Assembly: GCA_051453625.1 (NCBI GenBank)
Contig: JBOZIK010000001.1
Coordinates: forward strand, 19,358,501 to 19,383,212
Direction: 5' to 3'
Source of the DNA: Welwitschia mirabilis
Lineage: Eukaryota
Length of the DNA stretch: 24,712 nucleotides
Under the pieces are notes generated by a model. That model was not told the origin of the DNA. It saw only the letters and a program-made list of their open reading frames with translations, and did no database searches. How positions within the stretch are numbered: position 1 is the first letter of the stretch; each line of letters starts with the position of its first letter. A program made the translations under genes and the position numbers. This document shows, one piece after another, positions 22,381-24,712 of the stretch.

Positions 22381-22789
22381 ATGATTATTTAGTTACAATT
22401 GTATATTATGTGCTATCATATGGTGTGGCCTAAATAAAGTGATCCACTCAAGTTAAGGTTAAGTGGGTTATAAATCATCTTGTAAAGTATGGGTCCATAT
22501 TTATGTGTAGATACCCAATCTGCTTATTTTTAATTAATGATGGGCTGATTAGAAATAAGGGTTTATAAATAAACACACTAGGATTATGGTCCCCTGTCGA
22601 ATGAACGTAGTCTCCTACTAATATCCCATCATTAGAGAGAGAAAACCCTAACGCTCGTACCAACTAGAAGTCACATAACCCAAAGGGGATTTAATGGAAC
22701 TAGGTGCGCTTCTACCTTCTTATTCTAATCTAGATAATTTGATATAAAGATTATAGTTTATTATTTGGTTATGAAATTTAATTCCATCA
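22297..22789 (+). mobile_element. ~490 bp 5' LTR, probably Ty1/copia
   Basis: Termini TGTTGGAAT...ATTCCATCA (8/9 inverted match), TATAAATA at 22564-22571, and a perfect PBS directly downstream. Superfamily inferred from LTR size and style only, since no coding region is visible. Confidence 0.88.
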
Positions 22790-22791
22790 AG

Positions 22792-22804
22792 TGGTATCAG
22801 AGCC
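22792..22804 (+). other. tRNA-iMet primer binding site
   Basis: Perfect TGGTATCAGAGCC, 2 nt after the LTR-terminal CA. Confidence 0.95.
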
Positions 22805-23548
22805 TCCTTCATATTAGATTATTTGGAATCTATTTTGTATTAAATTAATATGAATTATTTGTTTTTATGTGTGATGAATATTCAATTTGTTTCGACTTTG
22901 GAATTGCATGAATCAGATTTATCACTTTTTATGTGATTAGTAGTTTCAGATCTCCTTTAGGGGATTAATTTAGTTTTAAATGATATTGGTTTTGGTGATG
23001 ATGCTTTTGTCTATTTGATTTTAGTTTCTGCTTTGAGTTTTCTTTTACTGCATATGATAAACATTAGAATATTTATTTTTTTGATTGGCTATATCTCTCT
23101 TTGAGGATTCATGTATCATAGCATATATGAGATGCATGATTATTATGACTAGTATTTTCAATAATCATTATTGTAATTGCTAATAATATGCCACATGCTT
23201 TCGTTCAGGATTCCATAGTAAATCTTCCTTGATTATTTTATTGTATTTCTCTTTTACAGGTATTCATATTAGAAATTTATTGTCAGACATTTGGGTAAAC
23301 TTATTGGTAATATATTTTATTACTAAGATGTTGTTAATTCATGAATTCTTAATGATATCATCACTCGACCATGCATGTTTATAATTTTTTATATTTTTTG
23401 TTGCCAATAATGGTTTAGTTATTTCAAGGATTGCTATGGTTATTCTGCAAGACAATATTAGCATATATTCTATTTACATTTACATGATGACATATAAATT
23501 CGGATTCAGATTTAAATTTTTGGTAATAAGGTTATAATTTTCTGATAT

Positions 23549-23890
23549 ATCTAATATTCTAAATTAGTTAATTTATACAATATGTTACCAAAGGAATCTC
23601 TTTTGTGTATATTGATTAATTTGAAATATTAAGATGATTGTAGGTGTTTGAATTTCATGCATTTAACAACTTGCTCAAAGAAAGTTTATTATTTGGCTAG
23701 AATTCAAACATGCTTATGGTGATGAATATGTGATAATTATTAGGTTTTCCATGTGAATGTTAAGTCAGCCCAAAGATAGACTTGATATTTGACATGAATT
23801 TTATTGTCAATATTTGATCACTGCAAAAAGAGTACCGCTTACAAGTTGATCTTTCTATCCAAAGACTAAAAATCAATGTTGTGCTAGGTA
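23549..23890 (+). repeat. Array of four long imperfect inverted repeats with shared CAAAG loop motif in the retroelement leader
   Basis: Stems at 23549-23635, 23645-23710, 23724-23815 and 23833-23890. CAAAG sits at 23589, 23676, 23771 and 23860, each between the arms. Confidence 0.85.
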
Positions 23891-24136
23891 TCTTGTGATG
23901 GGTTTTGCCTTTATTTNNNNNNNNNNNNNNNNNNNNNNNNNNNNNNNNNNNNNNNNNNNNNNNNNNNNNNNNNNNNNNNNNNNNNNNNNNNNNNNNNNNN
24001 NNNNNNNNNNNNNNNNTACCTTAATTACCCGATAATTATGAAGTTAATTATACCTATTATAATCTAATTTTATGAATCATTGTTGCAGTGCATATTTTGG
24101 TAACCCTTTTACCTTAATGAATCCTAATAATCACAA

Positions 24137-24154
24137 TATATATATATATATATA
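24137..24154. repeat. (TA)9 microsatellite
   Basis: Direct read of sequence. Confidence 0.95.
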
Positions 24155-24712
24155 ATGCAAAATACACACTCTAGTATGAATGGGAGTGACCCAAATGTCA
24201 TAACCCATTAAAGACTTATAAGAGGATAATGATAATTGATTTTTAGAGAAATATCATATCCAAACTTAGGAACAATGTAAGAAATCAAAGATGCAATATA
24301 ATGTAAATGCAATCTAATCTAAATGAACACCTATTCGAGTACTGAATCAAAGTGTTAAGAAGATTAGCCTTATATAAGCTAAATCAGCCAAGGAGACTAT
24401 CACTAATCAAAACTAACTTAAGCTATCAGATAAATCAAATAAATGCAATGCAAAATAAATCTGAAACTACTTTCTTCATTCTTAATAAAGGCTACCCTTA
24501 AGACCTATAACATTAATGAAACTATCATTAGATTAAGGACAACATAAATGATAAGGGAAATATAACAGAATTGAATGCATAAATGAAATAGAGTTTGATA
24601 TTAAAATAGAACCAACATCTAGATTATAAAATAGCCAAGCCTCAATAGAGCATGCACAACCCTTTACAAAGGGAATGTCTTTCTGTAACTCATGAGATGG
24701 ATCTCCAGCCCT
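24155..24712 (-). mobile_element. Probable fragment of another LTR in reverse orientation
   Basis: Composition flips from T-rich to A-rich with recurring AATGCA/ATGCAA words, mirroring the plus-strand gypsy LTRs in this window. No terminus identified. Confidence 0.3.

Noticed and set aside
22475-22663. Minus-strand 62-aa ORF (also 15287-15484, 18066-18335 and 21478-21783)
   Set aside because: Inside LTRs or antisense to TE sequence, with no recognisable domains.
23549-23890. CRISPR array or miRNA cluster interpretation of the periodic hairpins
   Set aside because: The shared sequence is only 5-7 nt, the context is eukaryotic with no cas genes, and no miRNA I recognise is present.

Overview
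AT-rich, CpG-poor eukaryotic (almost certainly plant) draft-assembly DNA with five N gaps, made mostly of nested, decayed LTR retrotransposons. No intact protein gene is visible. From left to right: (1) a minus-strand Ty3/gypsy Athila-like gag-pol pseudogene (1-~4396); (2) an intron-like T-rich stretch with a few unidentified candidate exons and a G-quadruplex motif (~4500-7700); (3) unassigned degenerate DNA (~7700-9900); (4) a minus-strand Ty1/copia remnant with gag, protease, integrase and only the start of RT, plus a PPT and a short LTR (9933-13829); (5) a ~3.7 kb gypsy-type LTR (~13892-17608); (6) the 3' end of a plus-strand Athila-like element with a fossil accessory ORF, PPT and start of the 3' LTR (17609-~18838); (7) a ~2.2 kb gypsy-type 5' LTR, PBS and gag start (~18839-21950); (8) a better-preserved ~490 bp LTR with a perfect tRNA-iMet PBS (22297-22804). 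The leader of element 8 carries the most striking feature: a ~90-nt-periodic array of long RNA stem-loops whose stems are unrelated in sequence but whose loops all carry (C/T)CAAAG. All translations and base-pairings were done by eye. Lineage names rest on remembered consensus motifs, not on database searches.
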